This document shows, in pieces, positions 63,981-64,000 of a stretch of DNA of 64,000 bases. The stretch is from assembly GCA_002269645.1 (NCBI GenBank), contig NIVC01001920.1, forward strand, positions 157,743-221,742. The letters are read 5' to 3'. Source of the stretch: Macrostomum lignano. Taxonomy: Eukaryota. The notes below the pieces were generated by a model, which saw only the letters and a list, made by a program, of their open reading frames with translations, was not told where the DNA came from and did not search any database. Position 1 is the first letter of the stretch. Each line of letters opens with the position of its first letter. Both the position numbers and the translations under genes were made by a program.

Positions 63981-64000
63981 TTCGCCTAGGGCAGATCTCC

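Overview
Eukaryotic (animal) genomic DNA. GC-rich exons are separated by GT-AG introns packed with micro- and minisatellites. The style resembles the flatworm Macrostomum, but that is an inference. I hand-assembled spliced models with in-phase junctions for the AMPK beta subunit (+), PRDX5 (-), PUF60 (-), an F-box/WD40 protein (+, first exon not fixed), a peptide-type rhodopsin GPCR (-), a BMT5/DUF2431-like methyltransferase (-), ketohexokinase (-, 7 exons) and a CDKL2-like kinase (+, one apparent 1-nt frameshift). Single-exon candidates are an ankyrin-repeat protein, a putative secreted peptide precursor and a small signal-anchored ORF. Mobile DNA is heavily nested. A full-length BEL/Pao LTR retrotransposon sits inside a solo LTR, which sits inside a minisatellite in KHK intron 5. 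There are two copies of a tRNA-derived SINE, each with a 13-bp TSD, and at least five TIR/TSD-defined non-autonomous DNA transposons, two of them a nested same-family pair. The most unusual observations are the methyltransferase gene whose only intron is almost pure (CTA)n, the unassigned prohormone-like ORF, and splice acceptors just upstream of most start codons with a possible PUF60-PRDX5 operon. There is no CRISPR array, rRNA, intact tRNA or prokaryotic system. Family names come from motif recognition only; no database search was run.
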